DNA from: Sphingomicrobium sp.
GTDB taxonomy: Bacteria; Pseudomonadota; Alphaproteobacteria; Sphingomonadales; Sphingomonadaceae
Length of the DNA: 64,000 bases
Direction of reading: 5' to 3'
Assembly (NCBI GenBank): GCA_035261225.1
Contig: DATFUB010000016.1
Span: 2,233 to 66,232 of the forward strand
This document shows positions 47,924-57,075 of the stretch, piece by piece. The position numbers and the translations under genes were made by a program. The first letter of the stretch is position 1. Each line of letters starts with the position of its first letter. The notes below the pieces were generated by a model. It did not search any database and had not been told where the DNA came from. It worked only from the letters and a program-made list of their open reading frames with translations.

Positions 47924-49948
47924 TCAGACTGGCTCTGGCTCCCGTTGCTGAATGACCTTGTCGGCAAGCGGCCCGTTGAGCTCGGCGAGATGGTCGAATA
48001 CCGCTTCGTAGGTTGCCAGGCCCTGGCTCTGAGAGCGAAGCTCGGCCTCGAGCCCGCTGAGTTCGGCCTCGGGGAGCAAAGCCTCAATCCGGTCCCAGCC
48101 GGTCCAACCGTCGCGCGGTCCAAGCCCGAGCATCTGACCGCGCCGGCTGGCGATCGCCGAACTGATCCGGCTCGTGGCGCTGGTTGGACAAACGACCGAG
48201 AGCTTGTGCATCGGTTCGAGCAGGTGCGGTTGGGCGGTTCCCAACGCGTCGTGCATCGCGATCCGCCCGGCAAGGCGGAACGCCAGCTCCGACGAGTCGA
48301 CGCTGTGATAGCTGCCGTCGATCAAAGTGACGGCGAGGTCGACCACCGGGAACCCGAGCGGGCCCTTGTGCATCGCTTCGCGAACCCCGTCCTCGACCGC
48401 GGGGATCCATTGCTTCGGGATGGAGCCGCCATGGATCTTCTCTTCAAAGTGGAAGCCCTCGCCCCGTCCGAGTGGCCGGACCTCGATGATCACATCGCCA
48501 AACTGGCCGTGACCGCCCGACTGCTTCTTGTGGCGGCCCTTCTGGGTGACATGTTTGCGGATCGATTCGCGATAGCCGATCGCCGGCGGATGCGATTTCA
48601 CCTCGACGCCGTAGCGGCGCTGGAGGCGCGCCAGAACCGTGTTCAGATGCTCATCGTTGACGCCCCTCAGCCTCAGTTCGTGGTTGGCCTCATCGTGCTC
48701 GACGATCAGGGCTGAATCTTCCTCGGTCAGCCGTTGCAGCGCGCCCGACAGCTTGACGTCATCCTTGCGGTCGGCCGGTTCGATCGCGATCGCGCAGTTG
48801 CGCGCCGGCAGGTCGATCTCGACGGGCGGCGGCAACTTGCCGGAGCCGAGCCACTGGCCGGCTTTCACACTGTCGATCTTGGCCACGGCAACCACATCGC
48901 CGTCGCGCGCTTCGGTCGCCTTCTGGGTCTTTTCACCCTGGACTTTGAACAGCGACCCGACGCGCGCATGTTCACCGTCGTCGGTCTTCAAGTCGGAGCC
49001 CTCAGTGATCTTTCCGCCAAGGACGCGGCAAAGCGCGAGGCGCCCGGTCGGGCCGTGGATGACTTTGAACGCGTACATCGCTGGATCGGTCACGGTCAGG
49101 CGGTTCGCCGCGGCTTGCGGTGACGGACCTTCGTGACGGAGCGCTTTCAGAAGCCGCCGAACGCCCCACGAACTGGTCGCGCAGCCGAACAGCACGGAAA
49201 CGCCAAGGCTTTCGCCCGTCTCCCGCGCGAGGTCGTGGAGCACTTTCTCGCGGCTCGGGGTCTCGTCCATCAGCAATTGTTCGAGCAATTCGTCATCATG
49301 GTCGGCGAGCTGTTCGAGCATGTGCGTGCGCGCCTCGATCTCGCGATCCTGGAGCTCGGCCGGGATTTCGATCCGCTCGGATTCCTGGCTGGCGCGATAT
49401 TTGAACGCGCGCTCGAGCGCGAGATCGACGAAGCCCCCGATCTTTTCGCCGTCCCAGATCGGAATTTGCCGCGCGATCAGCGGTGACACGCTCATCGGCT
49501 GCAGCGCCGACAGGAGATCGCGGACCCGGCCATGCGCCTGGTCGATTCGATTGACGAAAATGAGGTGGGGGATGCCGAGCTCGTCGAGCGCGCGCAGGGC
49601 CGGGGCGGCGAGAGGCGCTCGCGCCGGATCCGGATCGACTACGACGATCGCGACATCGGCCATTGCTACCGCCCGCGCCCCATCGGCCGAAAAACCGACC
49701 GATCCGGGCGCGTCGACGATCGCGAACTGATCGCCGAGATAGTCGAAGCTGTAGAGGTTGAGTTCGGTCGATCCGCCGCGCTGGCGGCTTTCGTGGCTCG
49801 AATCGCCGATGCTGGAGCCGTTGGCCGTCGATCCTAATCGGTCGGTGGTTCCGGCTGCGAACAGCATCGCTTCCGCAAGGCTGGTTTTTCCCGCGCCGGC
49901 GGGTCCCACCAGCGCGATTACTCGAGTGCCTTTGGATTCTCCGGCCAT
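47924..49948 (-). CDS. Elongation factor G paralog (EF-G2-like)
   Basis: GPAGAGKT, DAPG and NRID GTPase motifs, plus YRESIRK, KKQSGGHGQFG and GSYHSVDSSELAF. ATG 49948. Confidence 0.92.
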   Translation of the reverse strand: MAGESKGTRVIALVGPAGAGKTSLAEAMLFAAGTTDRLGSTANGSSIGDSSHESRQRGGSTELNLYSFDYLGDQFAIVDAPGSVGFSADGARAVAMADVAIVVVDPDPARAPLAAPALRALDELGIPHLIFVNRIDQAHGRVRDLLSALQPMSVSPLIARQIPIWDGEKIGGFVDLALERAFKYRASQESERIEIPAELQDREIEARTHMLEQLADHDDELLEQLLMDETPSREKVLHDLARETGESLGVSVLFGCATSSWGVRRLLKALRHEGPSPQAAANRLTVTDPAMYAFKVIHGPTGRLALCRVLGGKITEGSDLKTDDGEHARVGSLFKVQGEKTQKATEARDGDVVAVAKIDSVKAGQWLGSGKLPPPVEIDLPARNCAIAIEPADRKDDVKLSGALQRLTEEDSALIVEHDEANHELRLRGVNDEHLNTVLARLQRRYGVEVKSHPPAIGYRESIRKHVTQKGRHKKQSGGHGQFGDVIIEVRPLGRGEGFHFEEKIHGGSIPKQWIPAVEDGVREAMHKGPLGFPVVDLAVTLIDGSYHSVDSSELAFRLAGRIAMHDALGTAQPHLLEPMHKLSVVCPTSATSRISSAIASRRGQMLGLGPRDGWTGWDRIEALLPEAELSGLEAELRSQSQGLATYEAVFDHLAELNGPLADKVIQQREPEPV

Positions 49949-50062
49949 GCGACTCTCCCTTCGTGCCATTGCGGCGCGCGAGTCGCTTCTTATGAAGGCG
50001 CTCGGGCGCGCTCTTCGCAATCGGCTAGCGTCGGACGGAATCTCAAGAAAGGCAAGCGGAGA

Positions 50063-50971
50063 CTAAACCGCAGGGAGCAGCCTTCTTTCCCCGGCGAGCC
50101 GAAGCAGCGCCGCCTGGAGCTTCTCGAACGCCCGCACTTCGATCTGGCGAATGCGTTCGCGGCTGACGTCATAGACCTGGCTGAGTTCCTCCAGCGTCTT
50201 GGGCTCGTCGGTCAGCCGGCGCTCCATCAGGATGTGCTTTTCCCGGTCGTTCAACGATTCGAGCGCGGTCATCAGCAAGTCGTGACGGACCCGGCTCTCC
50301 TGATCTTCGGCCAGTTGCTCGTCCTGCAGCGGGCCGGTGTCGACGAGGAAGTCCTGCCACTGGCTTTCGCCGCCTTCGTCGCCCTTGAGCGAGACGTTGA
50401 GGCTGGTGTCGCCGCCCATCGCCATGCGGCGATTCATCGATACGACTTCTTCCTCGGTGACGCCGAGGTCGGTCGCGATCTTGGCGACGTCGGCGGGTTT
50501 AAGGTCGCCTTCCTCGAACGCCTCAATCTGGTTCTTCATCCGCCGCAGGTTGAAGAACAGCTTCTTCTGGGCGGCGGTGGTGCCCATTTTGACCAGGCTC
50601 CACGAGCGCAGGATGAATTCCTGGATCGAGGCGCGGATCCACCACATCGCATAGGTCGCCAGACGGAAGCCGCGATCCGGCTCGAATTTCTTCACGCCCT
50701 GCATCAGGCCGATATTGCCTTCGGAGATCAGCTCGCTGACGGGCAGGCCGTAGCCGCGATAGCCCATGGCGATCTTGGCGACTAGGCGCAGGTGCGAGTT
50801 GACCAGCTTGGCCGCGGCCTCGGTGTCGCCGTGCTCGCGCCAGCGCTTGGCGAGCATAAATTCTTCCTCCGGCGAGAGGATCGGGAATTTCTTGATCTCC
50901 GCGAGATAGCGGTTGAGTCCGGCCTCCCCACCGGACGCTGGGATCGAGACGATACGTTTTTGAGCAGCCAT
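50063..50971 (-). CDS. rpoH: RNA polymerase sigma factor RpoH (sigma32)
   Basis: SHLRLVAKIAMGYRGYGLP, GFRLATYAMWWIRA, RpoH box QKKLFFNLRR and VSRERIRQIE. Confidence 0.98.
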   Translation of the reverse strand: MAAQKRIVSIPASGGEAGLNRYLAEIKKFPILSPEEEFMLAKRWREHGDTEAAAKLVNSHLRLVAKIAMGYRGYGLPVSELISEGNIGLMQGVKKFEPDRGFRLATYAMWWIRASIQEFILRSWSLVKMGTTAAQKKLFFNLRRMKNQIEAFEEGDLKPADVAKIATDLGVTEEEVVSMNRRMAMGGDTSLNVSLKGDEGGESQWQDFLVDTGPLQDEQLAEDQESRVRHDLLMTALESLNDREKHILMERRLTDEPKTLEELSQVYDVSRERIRQIEVRAFEKLQAALLRLAGERRLLPAV

Positions 50972-51025
50972 TCTGGTCGTCTTCTTCTGGGGGCAGGCGG
51001 GCGCGCCGCACTAGCCGGTTAAATC

Positions 51026-51976
51026 CTATACACCAAGTGCGTTGAACAGTTCCTGCATGTCCGCCGGCATGGCGCTTGCGAACGACAGGCGGTGTTTGGT
51101 CACCGGGTGAATGAAGCCAAGCTCGGCAGCATGCAGTGCTTGGCGGTGAAAATCCATATCATGCAATAGTTTGCGATGCGTCTTTCCAGCACCTCCGTAA
51201 ACCGGGTCGCCGAGCAAGGGATGGCCGATCGACGCCATGTGGACGCGCACTTGATGAGTCCGTCCGGTCTCGAGCCAACATTCGACCAGCGCCGCGTCCC
51301 TGAGCACCGACAGGCGCCGCCAGTGGGTCACCGCGCGCTTGCCGCGGCCGGTTTCGACGATCGCGATCTTCTTGCGGTTGGCCGAAGAACGCGCGAGCGG
51401 CGCGTCGACTTTGCCTTGCGCGATCTTCGGGACGCTCGCGACGATGGCGAGGTAGCGCCGGTCGATCGAGTGGGCCGCGAATTGCTTCGCGAGGCCTTCG
51501 TGGGCGACGTCGGTCTTGGCGACAACCAGCAGTCCTGACGTATCCTTGTCGATCCGGTGGACGATGCCGGGGCGGGCGACGCCGCCGATCCCCGACAAGC
51601 TTCCGCCGCAATGATGTAAAAGCGCGTTGACCAGCGTGCCGTCGCGGTTGCCCGCGGCCGGGTGGACGACGAGGCCGGCAGGCTTATCGACCACCAGCAG
51701 ATGTTCGTCCTCGAACACTACGCGGAGCGGGATATCCTGAGGGACGTTGTGCGCCGGTTCCGGCGCGGGCACCGCCAGTCGCAATTGCTCGTCGCCACGG
51801 ACCTTCAGAGCCGGATCGCGGGTCGCTACTCCGCCAGCGTCGATTGCCCCACTGCGGATCAATGCTTTTATACGTTCGCGCGAGAGGGTGGGGACCGCAT
51901 CCGCAAGCGCGCGGTCGAGCCGCCAGCCGGCGTGGGCGGGCGTCAGGCGCACATCGATCGTCTGATGACCCCCCAT
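51026..51976 (-). CDS. rluD: RluA/RluD-family 23S rRNA pseudouridine synthase
   Basis: N-terminal S4 domain, VDKPAGLVVHP, catalytic motif GIVHRIDKDTSGLL, TGRTHQVRVH and QALHA. Confidence 0.93.
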   Translation of the reverse strand: MGGHQTIDVRLTPAHAGWRLDRALADAVPTLSRERIKALIRSGAIDAGGVATRDPALKVRGDEQLRLAVPAPEPAHNVPQDIPLRVVFEDEHLLVVDKPAGLVVHPAAGNRDGTLVNALLHHCGGSLSGIGGVARPGIVHRIDKDTSGLLVVAKTDVAHEGLAKQFAAHSIDRRYLAIVASVPKIAQGKVDAPLARSSANRKKIAIVETGRGKRAVTHWRRLSVLRDAALVECWLETGRTHQVRVHMASIGHPLLGDPVYGGAGKTHRKLLHDMDFHRQALHAAELGFIHPVTKHRLSFASAMPADMQELFNALGV

Positions 51977-51986
51977 TCCTTCATAA

Positions 51987-52014
51987 ATATGGGGTGAAAT
52001 CGGCGTCGTTCAAT
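51987..52014 (-). promoter_or_regulatory. Sigma32-type promoter for rluD-rpoH
   Basis: The minus strand reads ATTGAA-N14-CCCCATAT (consensus CTTGAA-N13/14-CCCCATNT), ending 10 nt before the rluD ATG. Confidence 0.75.
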
Positions 52015-52015
52015 C

Positions 52016-52042
52016 CTTGCCTCACGTTAAACTCTGCCCCAT
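52016..52042 (+). promoter_or_regulatory. Sigma32- or sigma70-type promoter for chpT
   Basis: CTTG-N17-CCCCAT, ending 9 nt before the chpT ATG. Confidence 0.5.
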
Positions 52043-52051
52043 CACCAGCCC

Positions 52052-52690
52052 ATGAACGCCGTCGACCTCGCCAGCCTGCTCTGTTCACGCCTATGCCATG
52101 ATTTGATGTCGCCCGTCGGAGCGCTCAACAACGGCATCGAATTGCTTGCCGACGAAGACGACCCGGACATGCGCGAGAAATGCCTGGAGCTGCTTGCGGA
52201 CAGCGCTCGCGCCTCGGCCAACAAATTGAAATTCTTCCGCCTCGCGTTCGGCGCCGCCGGCGGCTTCGGCGACGAAATCGATACCGGCGAGGCGCATGCC
52301 GCGCTCGAAGGCGTGTTCGGGGCAGAGCGGCGGATCGAACTGGGCTGGATGGTCAGCGGCGGCAAACTGCCCAAGGGTGCGGTTAAGCTGTTGCTCAACG
52401 TCGCACTTCTCGCCGGCGACGCTCTGGTTCGTGGCGGGCGGCTCGATGTCGGGGCCGAGAGCAATGACGAAGCGATCGAACTCGTTATCCGCGGTGAGGG
52501 GCCGCGCATCCTGCTCGACACCGCGCTGCGCGAGACCCTGGCCAGGGGCAGCAGCGACGGGGCGGTCGAACCGCGCGCCGCCGGCGCCTGGCTCGCGCAC
52601 AGCATCGCCGCCGAGGCGGGCGGCACGATCCGCCTGTCCGACCCGTCCGATGACGTGCTCCTGATCGGGATCACGCTCCCCCGGGCCTGA
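52052..52690 (+). CDS. chpT: Histidine phosphotransferase ChpT
   Basis: LASLLCSRLCHDLMSPVGALNNGIELL, KLKFFRLAFGAAG and KLLLN motifs. Confidence 0.95.
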   Translation: MNAVDLASLLCSRLCHDLMSPVGALNNGIELLADEDDPDMREKCLELLADSARASANKLKFFRLAFGAAGGFGDEIDTGEAHAALEGVFGAERRIELGWMVSGGKLPKGAVKLLLNVALLAGDALVRGGRLDVGAESNDEAIELVIRGEGPRILLDTALRETLARGSSDGAVEPRAAGAWLAHSIAAEAGGTIRLSDPSDDVLLIGITLPRA

Positions 52691-52701
52691 CGATCTTTGG
52701 G

Positions 52702-52717
52702 ATAACGCAGCGTTAAC
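52702..52717 (+). promoter_or_regulatory. Near-consensus CtrA box upstream of cheA
   Basis: ATAA-CGCAGCG-TTAAC. Confidence 0.6.
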
Positions 52718-52763
52718 TCCTGCCCGGCATAAGGGCCTTCAAGCCGGGGGATTGCGCACACCG

Positions 52764-55103
52764 ATGGACGACCTGATCGCGGATTTCGTGGCCGAATGCC
52801 GGGATATGCTCGAAGCCCTGGGTGGGGAGATTGTCGCCTGGGAAGCGCAGCCCGACGACCGCGCGCGTCTCGATTCGATCTTCCGCTTTGTCCACACCGT
52901 CAAAGGCAATTGCGGCTTCTTCGAATTCCCGCGGCTTGAGGCGCTGAGCCATGCCGCCGAGGATGCGCTGGCCGACGTTCGCGCCGGCCGTCGTCAGGCC
53001 GACGGGACTCTGGTCAGCGCGGTCCTCGCGATAATCGACCGCATCGGTGAAATGATCGCGGCGATAGACGCCGGCGAGGAAATGCCGGGTGGCGACGACA
53101 ACATGCTGATCGACGCGCTGGCGCCCGGCGCCGAGCATCACGCCGCGCCCCTCGCTGCCGCAGCTGCCGAAGGGCAGGGGAAGACTGCATCCGCCCCGCG
53201 CACGATCCGCCTTTCGGTCGAACTGCTCGACCGCGTGATGAGCACGGTCTCGGACATGGTGCTGGCGCGCAACGAGCTTGCGCGCCGCCTTCGTGAATCG
53301 CAGTCCGATGTTCCGGTCGACGGCGCGTTTGAGCGCTTGTCGGCGATCATCGCCGAAATGCGCGACGCGATCACCCGGACGCGCATGCAACGGATCGAAA
53401 ATCTGTTTGTCGCTCTGCCGCGCATGGTCCGCGACCTGTCCGCCGAGCTCGGCAAGCAAGTGCTGGTCGACATCGAGGGCGGAGACGTCGAGCTCGATCG
53501 CGAAATGATCGAAATGATTCGCGATCCCCTGACCCACATTATCCGCAACGCCGTCGACCACGGGATCGAGTTGCCGGCAGAGCGCTTGAAGGCCGGTAAG
53601 CGTGAAATCGGGATTTTGTGCATCTCCGCGCGCCAGTCGGGCAATCAAATCCTGATCGACATCCAGGACGATGGCCGCGGAATCGACGGCAAACGGCTTG
53701 TCGAAAAAGCCATTGCCGGCGGAACCCTCGAAAAGTCCGCCGCGGCGCAGCTTAGCCCGCGCGAGCAACTCGCACTGATCTTCGAAGCCGGCCTGTCGAC
53801 CGCTCAGCAAGTGACCGCGATCTCCGGCCGGGGCGTCGGCATGGACGTGGTCCGCTCGAACGTCGAGCGGATCGGTGGCATTGTCGAAGTCGATTCCACG
53901 CCGGGGCAGGGCACGCGTATGACCTTGCGAGTGCCGCTGACACTGACGATCATTCCCGCACTTACGGTCTCGATCGGCAACCAGCATTTCGCCATTCCGC
54001 GCTCGGCGATCGACGAGATCGTGCGTGCCAATGGCGAGTCCGTCACGCTCGAACATCTCGGCGGAGCCGGGATCGCAACCATTCGCGGCCGCCGGGTTCC
54101 CGAAGTCTCTCTCGCCGGAATTCTCGGCCTCGAAAGCAGTGTCGCCGAAAAGGATCGGACGTTGATCGTTCTCCGGCCGGCCGGGGGCGACGTCTATGCA
54201 CTGGCGGTCGACCGTATCCACGATCACGAGGAATTGGTGGTCAAGCCGGCCGCGCCAGCGGTGATGGTGACCGGGCTCTACGCCGGAACAACGCTCGCCG
54301 ACGACGGCAGCCCAATCCTGCTGTTCGATCCCGCCGGGTTGGCGGAAGTCGGCGGGGTGAAACTCGAAACGCAGGAGCGCACCGCCCGCATCGCCGATGG
54401 TCCGGCTGCGGACACGGGCCCCAGGACGATTCCGGTACTGCTGTTCCGCGGCCTCGACGGCGCGCGGCGGGCGGTTCAACTCGCGGTCGTCGATCGGATC
54501 GAGGAAGTCGCCCGCGCGGCAGTGAAGAATGCGGCCGGTCAGCTTCGCGTCCGGGTCGGCGAAACCATCCTTCCGTTGGCGGGCGCTCAGTCCGGCGAAC
54601 TCGGAAGCGAAAAAGTTCGGGTGTTCCGCCTCAACGATGGCGCCCACGAGATCGGCTACGCGTTCAGTGAAGTCATCGACTTTGCGACCGTCGAGCACGA
54701 GGTCATCCATGCAGATCGTCCGGGCGAGATCAGCGGCGTCTCGCTGATCGACGGCGAACCGGCCGAACTGATCGACGCGCATTGGCTGTTCGCCCATCAT
54801 GTCGGCGCGGCCGCGCGGCAGGCCGAGCCGCTGGTGTGCCGCCTGCCGAGCGACGATCCATGGATGCAGAACATGCTCCGGCCGATCGTCGAAGCGGCGG
54901 GTTACCGCGTTGTCGGAGACGACAGCGAGACCGAGGCAGATTTGGTGATCGCGTCACAAGGCGACACCATTGCGGGTGACGAGGGGCGCACGATCTGGCT
55001 GCGCACCGAACCGGACCCGACCGGCAAAAAGGACGACAGCATTTATCGCTACGATCGCGCCGGCCTGTTGATGGCGTTGAAATCGGCCGGGAGGGCCAAA
55101 TGA
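52764..55103 (+). CDS. cheA: Chemotaxis-type histidine kinase CheA (no P2 domain, two CheW-like domains, degenerate C-terminal receiver)
   Basis: Hpt motif FRFVHTVKG, HIIRNAVDHGIE, DDGRGID, IFEAGLST and SGRGVGMDVV. ATG 52764. Confidence 0.95.
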   Translation: MDDLIADFVAECRDMLEALGGEIVAWEAQPDDRARLDSIFRFVHTVKGNCGFFEFPRLEALSHAAEDALADVRAGRRQADGTLVSAVLAIIDRIGEMIAAIDAGEEMPGGDDNMLIDALAPGAEHHAAPLAAAAAEGQGKTASAPRTIRLSVELLDRVMSTVSDMVLARNELARRLRESQSDVPVDGAFERLSAIIAEMRDAITRTRMQRIENLFVALPRMVRDLSAELGKQVLVDIEGGDVELDREMIEMIRDPLTHIIRNAVDHGIELPAERLKAGKREIGILCISARQSGNQILIDIQDDGRGIDGKRLVEKAIAGGTLEKSAAAQLSPREQLALIFEAGLSTAQQVTAISGRGVGMDVVRSNVERIGGIVEVDSTPGQGTRMTLRVPLTLTIIPALTVSIGNQHFAIPRSAIDEIVRANGESVTLEHLGGAGIATIRGRRVPEVSLAGILGLESSVAEKDRTLIVLRPAGGDVYALAVDRIHDHEELVVKPAAPAVMVTGLYAGTTLADDGSPILLFDPAGLAEVGGVKLETQERTARIADGPAADTGPRTIPVLLFRGLDGARRAVQLAVVDRIEEVARAAVKNAAGQLRVRVGETILPLAGAQSGELGSEKVRVFRLNDGAHEIGYAFSEVIDFATVEHEVIHADRPGEISGVSLIDGEPAELIDAHWLFAHHVGAAARQAEPLVCRLPSDDPWMQNMLRPIVEAAGYRVVGDDSETEADLVIASQGDTIAGDEGRTIWLRTEPDPTGKKDDSIYRYDRAGLLMALKSAGRAK

Positions 55104-55537
55104 ACGAGTTGCTTCTGGTCGTGACGATCGGTGGCGAACGCGTCGCTCTTCGTGCTGAAGCGGTCGAATCGGTGGTCGAGCTCGACACGCTGATTCCGGT
55201 GCCGCGCGCGGCCGCTCACGTCGCCGGCCTGTCGGCGCTGCGCAGCCGGGTGCTGACCGTGATCGATTGCATGCGCTCGCTCGAACTGGGGACGACCGAT
55301 TGTTCAGACGGCATTCGCGAAGCCGCGGTCGTCGAGCTTGACGGCCACCACTACGCTTTGCTCGTCGATCTCGTCGAAGACGTCGTCGAGGCCCTGTCCG
55401 ATCCGGCGCCCTTGCGCGCCGCAATGGGGCCGGGCTGGGAGCGAGCGTCGCAGGGAATGGTCGAAACCGAAACCGGGCCGCTGCTGCTGGTCGACGTCGC
55501 CGCGCTGGTCGCCGGCGGCGAAGCCAAAGCAGCTTAA
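55100..55537 (+). CDS. cheW: CheW adaptor
   Basis: VPRAAAHVAGLSALRSRVLTVID and ALLVDLVEDV. ATGA overlap with cheA. Confidence 0.9.
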   Translation: MNELLLVVTIGGERVALRAEAVESVVELDTLIPVPRAAAHVAGLSALRSRVLTVIDCMRSLELGTTDCSDGIREAAVVELDGHHYALLVDLVEDVVEALSDPAPLRAAMGPGWERASQGMVETETGPLLLVDVAALVAGGEAKAA

Positions 55538-55592
55538 GCTCTTCGTTACTCTTGCCGTTTAGACAATGCACAACAACGCGGGAAAGCCGAGC

Positions 55593-55958
55593 ATGAAGAG
55601 CTGTTTGATCGTCGATGATTCCAAGGTGATTCGCAAAGTCGCGCGCCACATTCTGGAAACACTCGAGTTCGAAGTGGAGGAAGCCGGCGACGGGCAGGAA
55701 GCTCTGACCCGGTGCGAGGTCAAGATGCCTGACGTAGTCCTGCTCGACTGGAACATGCCGGTGATGAGCGGGATGGAATTCCTCAAACTCCTTCGCCAGC
55801 GCGGTCATTCCGATCAACCCAAAGTTGTGTTCTGCACTACCGAAAACGACATGGCGCATATCCGCGCGGCGCTCGAAGCCGGCGCGGATGAGTATGTGAT
55901 GAAGCCCTTCGACCGGGAAACACTTCACATCAAATTGCAGCTCGTCGGCGTCGCCTGA
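55593..55958 (+). CDS. cheY: CheY-type single-domain response regulator
   Basis: CLIVDDS, LLDWNMP, FCTTEN and MKPF motifs. Confidence 0.92.
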   Translation: MKSCLIVDDSKVIRKVARHILETLEFEVEEAGDGQEALTRCEVKMPDVVLLDWNMPVMSGMEFLKLLRQRGHSDQPKVVFCTTENDMAHIRAALEAGADEYVMKPFDRETLHIKLQLVGVA

Positions 55959-55968
55959 GTTAGGGGAC

Positions 55969-57075
55969 GTGGAGCGGGCGCTCGCCAGATCGCGGGACCG
56001 CCACCAGGCACCGCGACCGACCCGCCGCCGGATCCGGCTGATGATCGTCGATGATTCGATGGTCGCGCGGGCGGTCCTGTCGCGCATGATTGAAAGCGAT
56101 TCCGCATTCGAAATCGCCGCGGTCGCCGGTTCCGCCGAGGATGCGATCGACGCGCTCCACCAGGTGCGCGTCGACATTGTCATTCTCGACCTTGAAATGC
56201 CCGGCGCGGGCGGATTGAAATCGATTCCGCGGATCATCCGCGCGGCCGCCGGTGCAAAGGTGATGATCGTCTCATCGCAAGCCGAGGAGGGCGCCGAGGA
56301 AACTGTCGCCGCGCTCGCGCTCGGGGCCGCGGACACCCTGCCCAAGCCCGGCACCGGCCGCTTCCACGGCCGCTTTTCGGAAATCCTCGTCGGCAAGCTC
56401 AAGGCGCTCGGTTACGCCGAGGCCCACTCGTCGATCGCGCCGGCGCCCGCCACCAGTATCCAGGCGCCGCTTCGGGCGATGCCGAGCGATCCGATCGAAG
56501 TGCTTGCAATCGGCGCGTCCACTGGTGGAATTCACGCCATCGGCGTGCTGTTCCAGGCGCTGCCCAAGCGGATCGGCGTGCCGATCCTGATCACTCAGCA
56601 TCTGCCGGTGCCGTTCATGCCGGTGTTCGCGCGCCAGCTGCGTGCGGTCACCGAGCGCGAAGTGCTGGTTGCCGAAGACGGCATGCCGCTCCTCCCGGAC
56701 CGCGTCCTGCTCGCGCCCGGCGACGCCCATTTAACGGTCGACACGTCCGACGAAGTTCCCGTCGTCCGGCTTACGCATGGACCGAGCTCGAGCGGATGCA
56801 TGCCCTCGGTCGATCCGATGTTCGCCTCGATCGGCGCGGCCTATGGGCCTGGCGCGCTCGGCGTGGTCCTGACCGGCATGGGCCGCGACGGGGTCGAAGG
56901 CGCCGCGCGACTGACCGCGAACGGCGGCTCGATCCTTGCCCAGGACGAAGCCAGCTGCGCGGTTTGGGGCATGCCCCGCGCGGTACTCGAAGCCGGGCTC
57001 GTCAGCGCCGTGCTTCCGCCCGACAAGATCGCCCGCCGGATCGCTTCGCGCACGGATGAGCCGCCGTGCAGATAA
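55969..57075 (+). CDS. cheB: CheB methylesterase/deamidase
   Basis: N-terminal receiver (VDDS, LDLEMP) and catalytic motifs GASTGG, QHLP and GMGRDG. Confidence 0.94.
   Translation: MERALARSRDRHQAPRPTRRRIRLMIVDDSMVARAVLSRMIESDSAFEIAAVAGSAEDAIDALHQVRVDIVILDLEMPGAGGLKSIPRIIRAAAGAKVMIVSSQAEEGAEETVAALALGAADTLPKPGTGRFHGRFSEILVGKLKALGYAEAHSSIAPAPATSIQAPLRAMPSDPIEVLAIGASTGGIHAIGVLFQALPKRIGVPILITQHLPVPFMPVFARQLRAVTEREVLVAEDGMPLLPDRVLLAPGDAHLTVDTSDEVPVVRLTHGPSSSGCMPSVDPMFASIGAAYGPGALGVVLTGMGRDGVEGAARLTANGGSILAQDEASCAVWGMPRAVLEAGLVSAVLPPDKIARRIASRTDEPPCR

Noticed and set aside
55534-55549. CtrA-like TTAA...TTAC upstream of cheY
   Set aside because: The spacing is 8 rather than 7, and the first half-site is just the cheW stop codon context.
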